Source: an uncultured bacterium
Lineage (GTDB): Bacteria; Verrucomicrobiota; Verrucomicrobiia; Verrucomicrobiales; DEV007
Direction of reading: 5' to 3'
NCBI GenBank assembly: GCA_963977015.1
Contig: CAXBMO010000013.1
Location: 96,001-160,000, forward strand
Length of the DNA stretch: 64,000 bases
In this document: piece by piece, positions 9,869-20,435 of the stretch
Numbering within the stretch: position 1 is the first letter of the stretch
How the letters are laid out: every line of letters begins with the position of its first letter
Program-made: the position numbers and the translations under genes
Notes under the pieces: model-generated
What the model was told of the DNA's origin: nothing
The model's database searches: none
Seen by the model: the letters and a program-made list of their open reading frames with translations, nothing else

Positions 9869-10533
9869 TCAGCGACGCCAGATCAACTCTGTTTGTCGGC
9901 ATTGATGTCGGCATCAATCGTGGATGCGCCTACTCGGTCTTGGATCGAGACGCCTCCATGGTTGCCAGTGGTTGGTTCGCGCAGAAGCCACCGGCTGAAC
10001 TTCTCCAACGGATTCGGAGCGCCGATTTTGCCCATGTGGGAATCGACGCGCCGCGGTGCGCGGTTCCGAAACCCCGTTCCTGGTATTGGGAAGGTGCCAA
10101 ACAGACGTGGCGACGCCGGACCAGGGAGCGTGGCGCAGGCAGGCATTGTGAGGTCGTGATCAAGGCCCACAAGCTCGGGAATCCGCAATGGTCGCCGCTG
10201 GTCGGTGATGAAATTCCGGCGTGGATGACGCAGGGGTTCGCGTTGTTTGCGCGTTTTTCCGCATTGGATCGGATTCGGGTTGATGAGGTGTTTCCCACCG
10301 CAAGCTATGCCTGCCTGGCCGGAAAGACGAGTCCCCGGCTCCAGATCGATCTTTCCAGTTGTCGACCGGGCCCCAAGGACCTTCTCGACTCCAGTGTGGC
10401 GGCGCTCACCGTGCTGGAATTTGCGCAGGGGAGGGGGCAGGAAGTTGGTGGAGGTGATGGTTTGGGAACCATCGTGCTGCCTACAATGTTGGGTGCGCCG
10501 ATACGGGAGGTTCTGGCGTGGCCGGAATCATGA
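9826..10533 (+). CDS. DUF429-like predicted RNase H-fold nuclease (start uncertain: GTG 9826 or ATC 9868)
   Basis: FVGIDVG, VGIDAP, EVFP and DLLD motifs. Confidence 0.72.
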   Translation: MVQGQLVQAGRPRVISDARSTLFVGIDVGINRGCAYSVLDRDASMVASGWFAQKPPAELLQRIRSADFAHVGIDAPRCAVPKPRSWYWEGAKQTWRRRTRERGAGRHCEVVIKAHKLGNPQWSPLVGDEIPAWMTQGFALFARFSALDRIRVDEVFPTASYACLAGKTSPRLQIDLSSCRPGPKDLLDSSVAALTVLEFAQGRGQEVGGGDGLGTIVLPTMLGAPIREVLAWPES

Positions 10534-10552
10534 GCACGACGGATCATTAACG

Positions 10553-10583
10553 AAAAAGCCCGACCTTCTCGCGAAGGCCGGGC
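10553..10583 (-). terminator. Rho-independent terminator for the minus-strand suf transcript
   Basis: Minus strand reads gcccggccttc-gcga-gaaggtcgggc-TTTTT. Confidence 0.75.
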
Positions 10584-10677
10584 CCACTCTTCTATCGTCG
10601 GTTAGTTGAGAAATCCAATGGCAACGCCATCAGACCCAAATTGGTCGTGGAGGACAGCAATCGCCTTACATTGATCG

Positions 10678-11970
10678 CTAGGTTTGTGGCCAGTCGTGCT
10701 TGGTCTCTTTGAGGATTTCAAGAATCCGATCACGTTCGGTGAGAGACAGGTGCGACGAGAGCGCTTCCAGTGAGTCACCCGAAAGCGTGGCGTGGAGTTG
10801 TCGATAAACTTCCGCTTTGAGCCAGGGAGTCAGGTGGTCGAAGACTTCGGAATAAATGACGTAACTGCAGCGGTATTTGAACAACCGCTCGTAAAGCCGG
10901 AGATCCTTCAGGGATCGACCATCGGCTGCGGGTCGTCGATTTCGACTGAAGGCGGTTGCAAACGCTTCGCCGCCTTCGACGCCGTCGCCTTTCATCTGGT
11001 GTTCATTGCGAAAGAGGAGCCCTTCGACAATTCTGGTAGCCTGCGATTCGATCACACGTTTCAACGTCCCTTCGGGCACCGTGAGGGGAGGTTCGTCCAT
11101 TGCCTTTCGCATTGCCGCGGTCCGGTGCTGGAGTTGGCGAACGCTGAGGTTGGCCGCGCTCAAGGTGTTGTGCATCGCGACTTGGTGCTCGAAAATCATC
11201 AGGGCAACGACATCACTGCTGCCTTTGGCCGGGTATTGGTGGGTGTCAAAGATCTCGTTGAGACGAGTCAGGGCCAGATGTTGGTCGGCGAGGGGAACCA
11301 TGGTGACTTCGCCTTCGGTTTCCCTCGCGATGGCATTCCCGAGATGGGTTTGATCTCCAACGGTTCCGGTAACAAACCAGCCTCCCCATCGGTCCTGGAC
11401 CGCCGTGGATTGATCAACGTAGGTTGAGCCGGCGTGGAAGAGTGGCAGTCCATCTTCCTGGGCAAAAACGGAGCGGACCAACCCGCCGGGGATTCCTCCG
11501 GTCGAGGAACGCTCATGGCAACTGAGACAGGAAGTCGGCCGGTCGAATCGACGGTGGCTGGTTTCCGGCTGTGTCGGATCGACGAGGTAAAAAACGGCCC
11601 CCAGCTTTGGATCATACGTCAGGATCTCGATGCTTCCGCCTTTCGCCCAACCAACGTAGCAATTGTCCGAAAAAAAGATGGCCCGAGGGTGCTGTGGGCT
11701 GATCAGCGAGTTTTGGGCGCTGGTTTTGGAGAAGACCAGAATCTGCGATTCGACCGGAACCTCCAACTGCTCAAGGATCTGGAGCAGCGCCTTGTTTCGA
11801 GTCGTTGAGAGGCTGAAGCTTCCCGACTCGATCTTTCTCTGAAGCAGGGCAAACCGATCGGTTGGAACCGAGTCCGTATAATTGATCGGCGCCGATTCAA
11901 TGTCGACCGCTGCGAGTTGAATCAGGCTCGCTGCGAAAAATGCGCTGAGATAGGTGACCGAACGAATCAT
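10678..11970 (-). CDS. Exported PVC-type protein with a single CxxCH heme motif
   Basis: Signal peptide, VFSKTS, CLSCH and RWGGWFVTG motifs. Confidence 0.75.
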   Translation of the reverse strand: MIRSVTYLSAFFAASLIQLAAVDIESAPINYTDSVPTDRFALLQRKIESGSFSLSTTRNKALLQILEQLEVPVESQILVFSKTSAQNSLISPQHPRAIFFSDNCYVGWAKGGSIEILTYDPKLGAVFYLVDPTQPETSHRRFDRPTSCLSCHERSSTGGIPGGLVRSVFAQEDGLPLFHAGSTYVDQSTAVQDRWGGWFVTGTVGDQTHLGNAIARETEGEVTMVPLADQHLALTRLNEIFDTHQYPAKGSSDVVALMIFEHQVAMHNTLSAANLSVRQLQHRTAAMRKAMDEPPLTVPEGTLKRVIESQATRIVEGLLFRNEHQMKGDGVEGGEAFATAFSRNRRPAADGRSLKDLRLYERLFKYRCSYVIYSEVFDHLTPWLKAEVYRQLHATLSGDSLEALSSHLSLTERDRILEILKETKHDWPQT

Positions 11971-12009
11971 GGTGCGGGCCAATTACACGCATCGCACCAG
12001 CTCGAGCTA

Positions 12010-13224
12010 TCATCCAACCAACCTGCGCAATCTCTTCGTCACCAATCCAATGAGGATTTCGCGAATGTCTTCACATTCGATTTTCGAGATCACTTCGTTG
12101 GCAAAACCAAGGGTGATCAGCCGTCTCGCTGAAACTTCCGGAATGCCTCTGGCGTTGAGGTAGAAGAGCTGCTCAGGATCAATTTGACCGTTGGTTGCAC
12201 CGTGACTGCACCTCACTTGATCCGCATTGATTTCCAGTCCGGGGAGCGAGTTGGCTTCTGCCTCGTCGCTCAACAGCAGGTTGCGGCAGGTTTGGAATGA
12301 ATCCGTATGGTGCGCATTGTCATCGACTTGAATCAGGCCGGCGAAAATCGTCTTGGCCTTCGCGAAGAGCGCGTTCTTGAACAACAAATTACTGTGGGCG
12401 TTGCCGCTGGCGTGATGTTGCAAGGTTCGCTGATCGAACTCGCGGACTCCATCCACCAAGTTGAGTCCCAATAGTTCGCAATCGGCTCCGGGCGACGCCA
12501 TTTCAGCAGTGCATTCCTGACGAACCCAATCCGAGCCAAAGTTTCCAAAAAACGTGCGAATCTGAGCATCGCGGCCAGTTTCAGAGTGGGCGGCATGAAC
12601 AAATTTGCTCGTATCGCTCATTTCCTGGGACAATGCGTAGGTTGTTTTGGCCCCTTGAGCCGCAGAAATTGCGGTCGCATGGATGGCGAGGTTGCTGGAC
12701 GAAGCCGATGCCTGGATGCGTTCGAAGACGCTGATTTTCGAATTCTCGCCAGCCAGGATGACGGTGAGACTGTAGGCAGCGGTTTGGTCGCCTTCGACTT
12801 CGCGGATCAAGGAGATGGGCGATTCAATCTCGACATTCTTGGGAACGACGATGCAGGTGCCGACGAGCGTCTCCGCAGCGTGTGCCTTGGCCATGAAGAT
12901 CTCTGAACCGAGCTTTCCTTCGAGGTTGGAAAGTTGAGCGGCAACCGCTTCGCCGTATTTGGTTAACCCTTCCTCGAGGGTCATGATTTCGATTCTCTCG
13001 TCGGCGCCCTCCAGCAAAGGCTGGCTCGCTGGGGCCGGAGAAAAGCCGTCGATCGAAGCACGCTTCAAGTCGGCAAAACGCCAACGTTCGTCGGTTCGCT
13101 TCGGCCAATCTAACGCGTCAAGACGGGTTGCGGCTTGGGCGCGGAATTGGGAAATAGGCGAATGAGCGGCGGACACGGAAGACTGAGGCACTGGTTCTGG
13201 TTGGAGTTGAGCAGATTGGGACAT
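12010..13224 (-). CDS. sufD: Fe-S cluster assembly protein SufD
   Basis: ERWRFAD, PGLEINADQVRCSHGAT and FYLNARGI motifs; follows sufB. Confidence 0.93.
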   Translation of the reverse strand: MSQSAQLQPEPVPQSSVSAAHSPISQFRAQAATRLDALDWPKRTDERWRFADLKRASIDGFSPAPASQPLLEGADERIEIMTLEEGLTKYGEAVAAQLSNLEGKLGSEIFMAKAHAAETLVGTCIVVPKNVEIESPISLIREVEGDQTAAYSLTVILAGENSKISVFERIQASASSSNLAIHATAISAAQGAKTTYALSQEMSDTSKFVHAAHSETGRDAQIRTFFGNFGSDWVRQECTAEMASPGADCELLGLNLVDGVREFDQRTLQHHASGNAHSNLLFKNALFAKAKTIFAGLIQVDDNAHHTDSFQTCRNLLLSDEAEANSLPGLEINADQVRCSHGATNGQIDPEQLFYLNARGIPEVSARRLITLGFANEVISKIECEDIREILIGLVTKRLRRLVG

Positions 13225-13245
13225 TGAAAAAAGGAGTAAAGCGAT

Positions 13246-14661
13246 TTAACCAACGGAACCTTCCATTTCGAGGTCGATCAGGCGCTTCAGTTCGACGCTG
13301 TATTCCATCGGGAATTCCCGAACGAGATCGTTGACGAATCCATTGACGCTTAAGCTCATGGCCGCGGCTTCACTGAGTCCCCGCTGCCGCATGTAAAAGA
13401 TTTGTTCTTCGCTGACCTGGCTGACGCTGGCTTCGTGCTGCGTTGCATTCTGGTTCCCCCGCACGGTGATGGCAGGGTAGGTGTCGGTACGACTATTCGA
13501 GTTAATGAGGAGGGCGTCGCATTCGGTATTGTTTTTGCAGCCCTTCAGGTGACGCGGAATGTGAACCTGGCCGCGGTAGGTGGACCGGCCTTTTCCAACG
13601 CTGATGCTTTTGGCCACGATATTCGACGTCGTTTCGTCAGCGGCATGAATCATTTTCGCTCCGGTATCCTGATGCTGACCGTCGTTGGCGAGTGCGATGG
13701 AGATGACCTCGCCACGGGCTTTGCGCCCCTTCATGATGACGCCGGGGTACTTCATGGTAAGACGCGAGCCGATGTTGCAGTCGATCCAGCGAATCTCCGC
13801 GTTCTCGTGAGCCAGGCCGCGTTTCGTGACCAGGTTGAAGACGTTGTTGCTCCAGTTTTGAACGGTGATGTATTGGATCTTGGCGTTCGGCATCGCCACG
13901 AGTTCGACCACGGCACTGTGGAGAGTCGCAGTCTCAAACTTGGGTGCGGTACATCCTTCCATGTAGGTAACTTCGGCACCTTCATCCACGATGATGAGGG
14001 TTCGCTCGAACTGCCCAAATTGCTCGGCATTGATGCGGAAGTAGGCCTGAAGCGGGTGAGCGACTTTGACGCCCGGAGGAACATAAATGAAGCTACCCCC
14101 ACTGAAGACTGCGCTGTTGAGGGCGGAGAACTTATTGTCGCCGGTCGGAATCACCTTGCCGAACCACTTCCGGAAAATCTCCGGATGTTCGCGCAGGCCT
14201 TCACTGCTGTTCATGAAGATGACGCCCTGCTTGTTGAACTCATCCTTAATGTTGGAATAAGCTGCCTCGCTGTCGAACTGGGCCTCGACTCCCGCCAGAA
14301 ATTTGCGCTCCTGCTCCGGAATTCCAAGCCGTTCGAACGTCTCTTTCACGTCGTCAGGAACTTCATCCCAACTGCGGGTTGGAGTCTGCCCTTTCGAGAG
14401 GTAGTAACGGATCTCGTCGAAATGGATATTCTCCAAATCCTTGCTCGCCCAGTTGGTGGGCATCGGCTTGTCATTGAAGACTTTGAGGGCGCGTTGCCGA
14501 AAGTCGCGAATCCAATCGTCCTCCCCCTTGATGTTGGAGATGTAATCGACGGTCTCTTTGCTGAGACCACGTCCCGCATCGTGTTTGTAGTCTTCCGGGT
14601 AGGTAAAGTCGCCTTTGCTACGATCGATGGCGACCGCTTCGAGTGTGGTGGATTCGGACAT
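13246..14661 (-). CDS. sufB: Fe-S cluster assembly protein SufB
   Basis: [21 protein letters not shown] and DTGAKMIH motifs. Confidence 0.97.
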   Translation of the reverse strand: MSESTTLEAVAIDRSKGDFTYPEDYKHDAGRGLSKETVDYISNIKGEDDWIRDFRQRALKVFNDKPMPTNWASKDLENIHFDEIRYYLSKGQTPTRSWDEVPDDVKETFERLGIPEQERKFLAGVEAQFDSEAAYSNIKDEFNKQGVIFMNSSEGLREHPEIFRKWFGKVIPTGDNKFSALNSAVFSGGSFIYVPPGVKVAHPLQAYFRINAEQFGQFERTLIIVDEGAEVTYMEGCTAPKFETATLHSAVVELVAMPNAKIQYITVQNWSNNVFNLVTKRGLAHENAEIRWIDCNIGSRLTMKYPGVIMKGRKARGEVISIALANDGQHQDTGAKMIHAADETTSNIVAKSISVGKGRSTYRGQVHIPRHLKGCKNNTECDALLINSNSRTDTYPAITVRGNQNATQHEASVSQVSEEQIFYMRQRGLSEAAAMSLSVNGFVNDLVREFPMEYSVELKRLIDLEMEGSVG

Positions 14662-14690
14662 GGTTCTAAAAGTGGGGAGTCGTTAAAAAA

Positions 14691-15455
14691 TTAGGCAGTC
14701 ACAGCTTCTGGCTCTTGCTCTTTCAGCCAGTCGTAGCCCTTTTCTTCCAGTTCCAAGGCAAGCTCTTTCCCGCCTGTGCGAACGATTTTTCCATTGGAAA
14801 GCACGTGAACGTAGTCGGGCTCAATGTAGTCGAGAAGTCGCTGGTAGTGGGTGATCAGGAGAAAACCTCTCTCCGGGGAGCGCATGCGGTTAACCCCGTC
14901 TGCAACGATCTTGAGGGCGTCGATGTCGAGACCGGAATCGGTTTCGTCAAGCACCGCGTAGGTTGGCTCCAGCATCGTCATCTGGAGGATCTCATTTCGC
15001 TTTTTCTCACCACCGGAGAAGCCTTCGTTGACGGAGCGACCGGTAAATTTCCGGTCCATTCCAAGTTCATCCATCTTGGCATACATTCCCTTGTAGAACT
15101 GCACCGCGTCGATGTCCTCACCCTTGGGCAATCTTGCTTGAAGTGCCTCCCTCAGAAAGTTGGCGTTGGTCACACCGGGGATTTCGTAGGGATATTGAAA
15201 CGCCAGGAAGAATCCGGCGCGGGACCGCTCGTCCACCTCCATATCAAGGAGATTGACCCCATCCATGATCACCTCGCCAGCGGTCACTTCGTAGTCTTCA
15301 TGGCCGGCCAAGACCTTGGCCAGCGTGCTTTTGCCAGAGCCGTTCGGTCCCATAATTGCATGGATCTCCCCTTTGGGAATTTCAAGATTCAGCCCTTTGA
15401 GGATTTCCTGACCTTCCACCGAGGCGCGAAGGTTGTTGATTTTCAGTGAGTTCAT
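14691..15455 (-). CDS. sufC: Fe-S cluster assembly ATPase SufC
   Basis: [19 protein letters not shown] and LDETDSGLD motifs. Confidence 0.97.
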   Translation of the reverse strand: MNSLKINNLRASVEGQEILKGLNLEIPKGEIHAIMGPNGSGKSTLAKVLAGHEDYEVTAGEVIMDGVNLLDMEVDERSRAGFFLAFQYPYEIPGVTNANFLREALQARLPKGEDIDAVQFYKGMYAKMDELGMDRKFTGRSVNEGFSGGEKKRNEILQMTMLEPTYAVLDETDSGLDIDALKIVADGVNRMRSPERGFLLITHYQRLLDYIEPDYVHVLSNGKIVRTGGKELALELEEKGYDWLKEQEPEAVTA

Positions 15456-15469
15456 TATGGTAGGTAAAT

Positions 15470-15928
15470 TTATGATTCTTGGCTTGCTGCCGCACAAGAG
15501 GAGCAGACTCCCCTCATCGCCACTTCCACGAGTTCAACCTTGGTGCCGCTGGGGATATCCCAGGAGGACAGCGTTGAACTGGGCTCCGCTGGAGCTACGT
15601 CCTGGACTTGTCCACAGTTGCTGCAGAAAAAATGGGCGTGATCGTGCAGATTGGGACAAAACCGGGAGGGCTCTCGATCGACATTAACCTGTTTGACGAG
15701 GCCGGCATCGGTAAGCGTTTCGAGGCAATTGTAGACGGTTGCCAGCGAAATAGCTGACATCCGTTCCTTGCTGCGTAGAAAGACCTCGGTAGCCGTTGGA
15801 TGATCTTTCTGATCCATCAGAACGTCGTAAACCACCCTGCGCTGCTTCGTCATCCGGATTCCCGGAGTCTTGGCCGGGGATGCGGATTGAACGCGCTCGA
15901 GATCGGTACGCAATTTTGATGGGGGCAT
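15470..15928 (-). CDS. Fur-family regulator, PerR-like
   Basis: TKQR, DHPTA, SLATVYN, HxHFxC and two CxxC motifs. Confidence 0.88.
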   Translation of the reverse strand: MPPSKLRTDLERVQSASPAKTPGIRMTKQRRVVYDVLMDQKDHPTATEVFLRSKERMSAISLATVYNCLETLTDAGLVKQVNVDREPSRFCPNLHDHAHFFCSNCGQVQDVAPAEPSSTLSSWDIPSGTKVELVEVAMRGVCSSCAAASQES

Positions 15929-15958
15929 GTAAGACCCTAGCCATCAGCTATTTTAGAT

Positions 15959-15973
15959 CAAGAATTATTCTAA
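15959..15973 (-). promoter_or_regulatory. Per/Fur-box-like palindrome
   Basis: TTAGAATAATTCTTG on the minus strand (core AGAAT-N-ATTCT), about 30 bp upstream of the Fur-family ATG. Confidence 0.6.
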
Positions 15974-16005
15974 ATAAAAACTAGCTCGTCGTATCTCGAC
16001 CGATT

Positions 16006-18168
16006 TCAGGTCAATTCGCCGCCGTTCTTTGCGATGGCCTGGCATTGCTTGATATCGAGCTTGCCAGACGCGAGGTGAGGAATATCCCCGACCTTGATGA
16101 TTTGTTTGGGAATCCACAAACTCGGGAGACCTGCTTCGAGGAGTCGGTAACGCAGGTCCGTCGCGTCGAGGCTTGGTGTCGCTGAAATCAGCACCAAAGC
16201 TTCTCCCTTGGACTCATCCGGGATCCCTACAACGGTGATTTGCCGTTCGCCACCTGAATCCACCCCAAGTTCGCGATTTATCGCATCTTCGATCGTTTCG
16301 TGCGGCACCATCTCGCCGGCAATTTTGGAGAATCGCGAGAGCCTGCCTTCGATATAAAGGAATCCGTCCTCGTCCATTCTCCCGATATCGCCGGTTTTCA
16401 GCCATCCATCTTTGACCACTTCTTTTGATTTCTCCTCCATATTGAGGTAGCCGGCAAAAACATTGGGACCGCTGAGCCAAATCATCCCGGACTCGTGGAT
16501 CGTGAGAGGCGCTCCGGTATCGGGATCCGTGATTCGAATCGCCATTCCCGGGATAAGTTGACCAACCGAGCCGCGGCGATGGGAGGGGAGAGTTGGCTCA
16601 GCATCCCCCGTGGAACCGGGGTCGGGGAGATTGACGTTCGAAACGGGGGACGTCTCGGTCAGGCCATAACCTTCGAGGACCGGTTTCCCGAATTTCTTCT
16701 CAAAATCGTCCGCAATTTTGGCTGGTAGTTTCTCCGCGCCCGTGACGACCAGTTTGAGAGACGACAGCTGTTCGCGTTTGGCTTTGCGGAGATATCCTCT
16801 CAAAAAGGTGGGGGTCGAAACCAGCAGGCTGACCTGCTTTTCCTCGATCAACTCCGCGAGCTTGGGGGCCTCAAGCGGAGTTGGGTAAGTTACCAGGTTA
16901 ATTCCCTCGATCACCGGATACCACATGGTCACCGTGCAGCCGAAGCTGTGAAACAATGGCAGGCATCCCAACACGCTATCGTGGGATTCCAGTTGAAGGC
17001 GGCTGGAAAACTGGTTCACATTCGCCATCACGTTGCGGTGAGTGAGAGCAACGCCTTTGGGATCTCCGGAACTTCCGCTGGTGAACAAGAGGACGGCTTC
17101 CTCGTCTCCGCCGGTCTTTGGGATGCCGATGGAATTTGCCAGTGCCGCGAGAGGCATGAATTTGGAGGCGATGAGCCAGAGCCCGATTTTGGTTTTGAGC
17201 TTGGGCAGCGTTCGCTCCAGAAAAATCAACTGACGCGTGGGCGGCCATGGGAAGCGCTGGGTCTTGCGGACAAACGGATCGGCTGTGATGAGGCGATCCA
17301 CTTCCGCCTGTTCCATGGCGGATTGAATGGCCGATTCGCCTGCGGTGAAGTTGATGTTGACCGGAGTCTTTCCGGCAAACAACACCGCGATATTGGCCAG
17401 AAGGCCGCCCGTGCCGGGAGGAAGCACAATCCCAACCCGATCCTTCTGCGTCTCCTGTCGAATGACTTTGCTCAGAACAATCGCCGCAGCGAGAAGCTTG
17501 TCGAACCCGGTTTCCTTGTTCTGAAAACCGTCAAAGACGTGGTTTTTTGCCCCGTGTCTCTTCAGGCCCATCAGCATTGCGTAACCAAGATTCAAATTGA
17601 GGCCCGGTCGCGTGTTGAACGCTTCTTGGGCAGCCAAGAGCAGATCTTCCTGGAAACTTGCGAGGTCTGCTTTGTCTTTTGTGAACGGATTACCAAACGA
17701 GAAGACGGCGGATTTGAGAGATCCCGCATTCTCGATCGCCAGTTTTGCCGTTCGAGGATGGTCGATGTAAAGGCCGATCGTAGGGACTTCGCTCTTCAGC
17801 AGGAAGGCGAGCGTTTTACTGACGACGCTCGTCAGTGTACCGGTCCTGATTTTGGCCTTGCCCGGCACAAAAATGACATATTCACCCTTGGAAATGCTGT
17901 CGCCCAACTCTTTTTGAAACGTTTCAACCTGTTCATCATCAGCGACAAACACCATTGCCGAGGAATTGTCCCCTTCGAGATGATTCTGAAGCTGCGTTTC
18001 GAATTTGGCGTCCTTCTCGACCAGATAGGTGATGCTTTTTCCTTCGAGTTGGCGCTCAAGAATTTGCAGATCGCTAAAACTCAAAACATTTGGGATGACT
18101 AGGATTCCCGTCTCTGGAAGTCGCTCATTTCCAAGAGCAATGAAGTCGTCGTTGTGGTCTGCCGCCAT
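16006..18168 (-). CDS. Aas-like acyl-ACP synthetase (AMP-binding) with degenerate N-terminal acyltransferase domain
   Basis: FTSGSSGDPKG, EGYGLTE, TGD and RFSKIAGEMV motifs. Confidence 0.88.
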   Translation of the reverse strand: MAADHNDDFIALGNERLPETGILVIPNVLSFSDLQILERQLEGKSITYLVEKDAKFETQLQNHLEGDNSSAMVFVADDEQVETFQKELGDSISKGEYVIFVPGKAKIRTGTLTSVVSKTLAFLLKSEVPTIGLYIDHPRTAKLAIENAGSLKSAVFSFGNPFTKDKADLASFQEDLLLAAQEAFNTRPGLNLNLGYAMLMGLKRHGAKNHVFDGFQNKETGFDKLLAAAIVLSKVIRQETQKDRVGIVLPPGTGGLLANIAVLFAGKTPVNINFTAGESAIQSAMEQAEVDRLITADPFVRKTQRFPWPPTRQLIFLERTLPKLKTKIGLWLIASKFMPLAALANSIGIPKTGGDEEAVLLFTSGSSGDPKGVALTHRNVMANVNQFSSRLQLESHDSVLGCLPLFHSFGCTVTMWYPVIEGINLVTYPTPLEAPKLAELIEEKQVSLLVSTPTFLRGYLRKAKREQLSSLKLVVTGAEKLPAKIADDFEKKFGKPVLEGYGLTETSPVSNVNLPDPGSTGDAEPTLPSHRRGSVGQLIPGMAIRITDPDTGAPLTIHESGMIWLSGPNVFAGYLNMEEKSKEVVKDGWLKTGDIGRMDEDGFLYIEGRLSRFSKIAGEMVPHETIEDAINRELGVDSGGERQITVVGIPDESKGEALVLISATPSLDATDLRYRLLEAGLPSLWIPKQIIKVGDIPHLASGKLDIKQCQAIAKNGGELT

Positions 18169-18349
18169 GAATTACTTTTTTTGAAAGGTGCAGGGTTATC
18201 TAGCACATCCTAGATTTTTAGAAAATATCGAATTCTTTTTCTTTACAGATAGATGAGGACGTCGTGTTATCTGGCCTTTTTGCAGGCATAACGCTTCGCA
18301 AAACAAGCCCCGCAAATCAACCCCACACAGATTCTATCACTTTTCGATC

Positions 18350-18628
18350 ATGGCCTCGGATAGTTCAGGAACAACCTACGATGCATCGGCATACTGGAAA
18401 AAGAACATCTCCATTTTGGGGATTCTTTTGGCAATTTGGTTTTTGGTTTCCTACGGATTTGGAATCCTCTTTGCCGACCAACTCAATCAGTTTCGAATCG
18501 GAGGCTTCAAACTTGGCTTTTGGTTTGCGCAACAAGGCAGCATTTACGTTTTCGTCATTTTGATTGCCGTTTACGTGAAATGGATGAATCGGCTCGATAA
18601 AGAGTTCGGGATTACGGAGAAGGGTTAA
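18350..18628 (+). CDS. DUF4212-type small membrane subunit of a solute:sodium symporter
   Basis: YWKKN and LGFWFAQQGSI motifs; directly upstream of the symporter. Confidence 0.88.
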   Translation: MASDSSGTTYDASAYWKKNISILGILLAIWFLVSYGFGILFADQLNQFRIGGFKLGFWFAQQGSIYVFVILIAVYVKWMNRLDKEFGITEKG

Positions 18629-18649
18629 CGATCGAATCGCTTTCAGGTC

Positions 18650-20413
18650 ATGGATGTACAAACTTGGACTTATATCATCGTCGGCGCGACCTTTGCGCTG
18701 TATATCGGAATCGCCATTTGGTCGCGAGCTGGTTCGACTGGTGAATTCTACGTAGCAGGTGGGGGCGTTCCCGCTTTGGCCAACGGAATGGCAACGGCAG
18801 CAGACTGGATGAGCGCGGCGTCGTTCATCTCGATGGCCGGGATCATTTCGTTCATCGGATACGACGGTTCCGTCTATCTGATGGGTTGGACAGGAGGCTA
18901 CGTGTTGTTGGCACTGTTGCTGGCCCCGTATCTGCGCAAATTTGGCAAATTCACGGTGCCGGATTTCGTGGGAGATCGCTACTACTCCGACTGGGCACGC
19001 TTTGTTGCCGTTTTTTGCGCCTTATTCGTCTCTTTCACCTACGTTTGCGGGCAGATGCGCGGCGTTGGAATCGTGTTTTCGCGGTTTTTGGAGGTTTCAA
19101 TCAACTCGGGCGTCGTTATTGGGATGGCGATCGTCTTTCTCTATGCCGTTCTGGGCGGGATGAAGGGGATCACCTATACTCAGGTTGCCCAGTATTGTGT
19201 TCTGATTTTTGCGTTCCTCGTTCCCGCCATTTTTATCGCGGTCATGTTGACCGGAAACCCGATTCCTCAATTGGGCTTCGGCGCGAAAGTCGTGGGCGAA
19301 GGTGTCTACCTGCTCGATAAGCTGGATGGCCTGCATCGAGACTTGGGCTTTGATCTCTACACGGAACGGAAGAAACCGATCATTGATATATTCTGTATCA
19401 CCATGGCCCTGATGGTGGGGACCGCCGGTCTGCCTCACGTGATTGTCCGTTTCTACACCGTCAAGAAGGTCAGCGCTGCCCGGGTTTCAGCTTTCTGGGC
19501 CCTGTTGTTCATTGCCATTCTCTACAGTTGCGCACCGGCTGTTTCGGTTTTTGCGAGAACCAATTTGCTGCAGACCATACCGGGAAGTTCCTATCAGGAC
19601 GCGCCAGCTTGGTTTGGAAAATGGGAAAAAAGCGGGTTGATTGCCTGGGTTGATAAGAATGAGGACGGCAAGATTCAGTACGTCAATGGATCCGCATTTG
19701 CCGGGAAACCCATTTTTGAATTGGGTGAGGAGCGCGGGAAGTCCGGTGAGCGATTGATCAAAAACCAGATTTCTGACAACGAGAATGAACTGTATGTCGA
19801 TCGAGACATCATGGTCCTGGCTAATCCGGAAATTGCCAAGCTCCCGAATTGGGTCATCGCCTTGGTTGCCGCTGGTGGACTGGCGGCTGCGTTGTCCACT
19901 GCTGCGGGACTTCTTCTCGTGATTTCAACGTCGGTTGCTCATGATTTGGTGAAGCGAATCATCATGGAGCGCATCTTGAAGAAGGAATTTCCGGAAAAGA
20001 GCGAATTGCTCTGTGCTCGCGTTGCGGCCGGATTCGCGGTGGTCGTCGCCGGCTTGTTTGGCATCTATCCCCCCGGCTTTGTTGCTCAAGTTGTCGCGTT
20101 CGCATTTGGCTTGGCCGCATCCTCTTTCTTCCCCGTGATCATCCTCGGCGTGTTCTGGAAGCGGATGAATCAACCTGGCGCGATTTCCGGAATGCTGTCG
20201 GGAATTATCTTCACGGCAGGCTACATCATTTACTTCAAGTTCATCAATCCATCCATCAATACCAAGGAGCATTGGTTCCTGGGGATTTCGCCTGAAGGAA
20301 TCGGAACGGTTGGAATGATCCTGAATTTCACGGTTTCCATCGTGGTTTCTCATTTCACGGCACCGCCGCCGAAGCATATTGAGGAATTGGTCGACAGGAT
20401 TCGGGTGCCCTAA
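18650..20413 (+). CDS. Cation/acetate symporter ActP-like (SSS family)
   Basis: ATAADWMSAASF and GTAGLPHVIVRFYTV motifs. Confidence 0.92.
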   Translation: MDVQTWTYIIVGATFALYIGIAIWSRAGSTGEFYVAGGGVPALANGMATAADWMSAASFISMAGIISFIGYDGSVYLMGWTGGYVLLALLLAPYLRKFGKFTVPDFVGDRYYSDWARFVAVFCALFVSFTYVCGQMRGVGIVFSRFLEVSINSGVVIGMAIVFLYAVLGGMKGITYTQVAQYCVLIFAFLVPAIFIAVMLTGNPIPQLGFGAKVVGEGVYLLDKLDGLHRDLGFDLYTERKKPIIDIFCITMALMVGTAGLPHVIVRFYTVKKVSAARVSAFWALLFIAILYSCAPAVSVFARTNLLQTIPGSSYQDAPAWFGKWEKSGLIAWVDKNEDGKIQYVNGSAFAGKPIFELGEERGKSGERLIKNQISDNENELYVDRDIMVLANPEIAKLPNWVIALVAAGGLAAALSTAAGLLLVISTSVAHDLVKRIIMERILKKEFPEKSELLCARVAAGFAVVVAGLFGIYPPGFVAQVVAFAFGLAASSFFPVIILGVFWKRMNQPGAISGMLSGIIFTAGYIIYFKFINPSINTKEHWFLGISPEGIGTVGMILNFTVSIVVSHFTAPPPKHIEELVDRIRVP

Positions 20414-20435
20414 AGCGAAGAAGCCGACCAGTGAA

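Noticed and set aside
10590-10677. Fluoride-riboswitch-like GGCGAT...CTGATGGC on the minus strand
   Set aside because: P1 does not pair and no co-oriented gene follows
13402-14694. Long antisense ORFs (also 16948-18102, 42523-43755, 59012-60055 and others)
   Set aside because: Shadows of well-supported genes on the opposite strand; no motifs
19640-19810. EF-hand-like DKNEDGKIQ insert in the ActP-like symporter
   Set aside because: Recalled as a usual feature of this DUF4212-associated subfamily, so not novel
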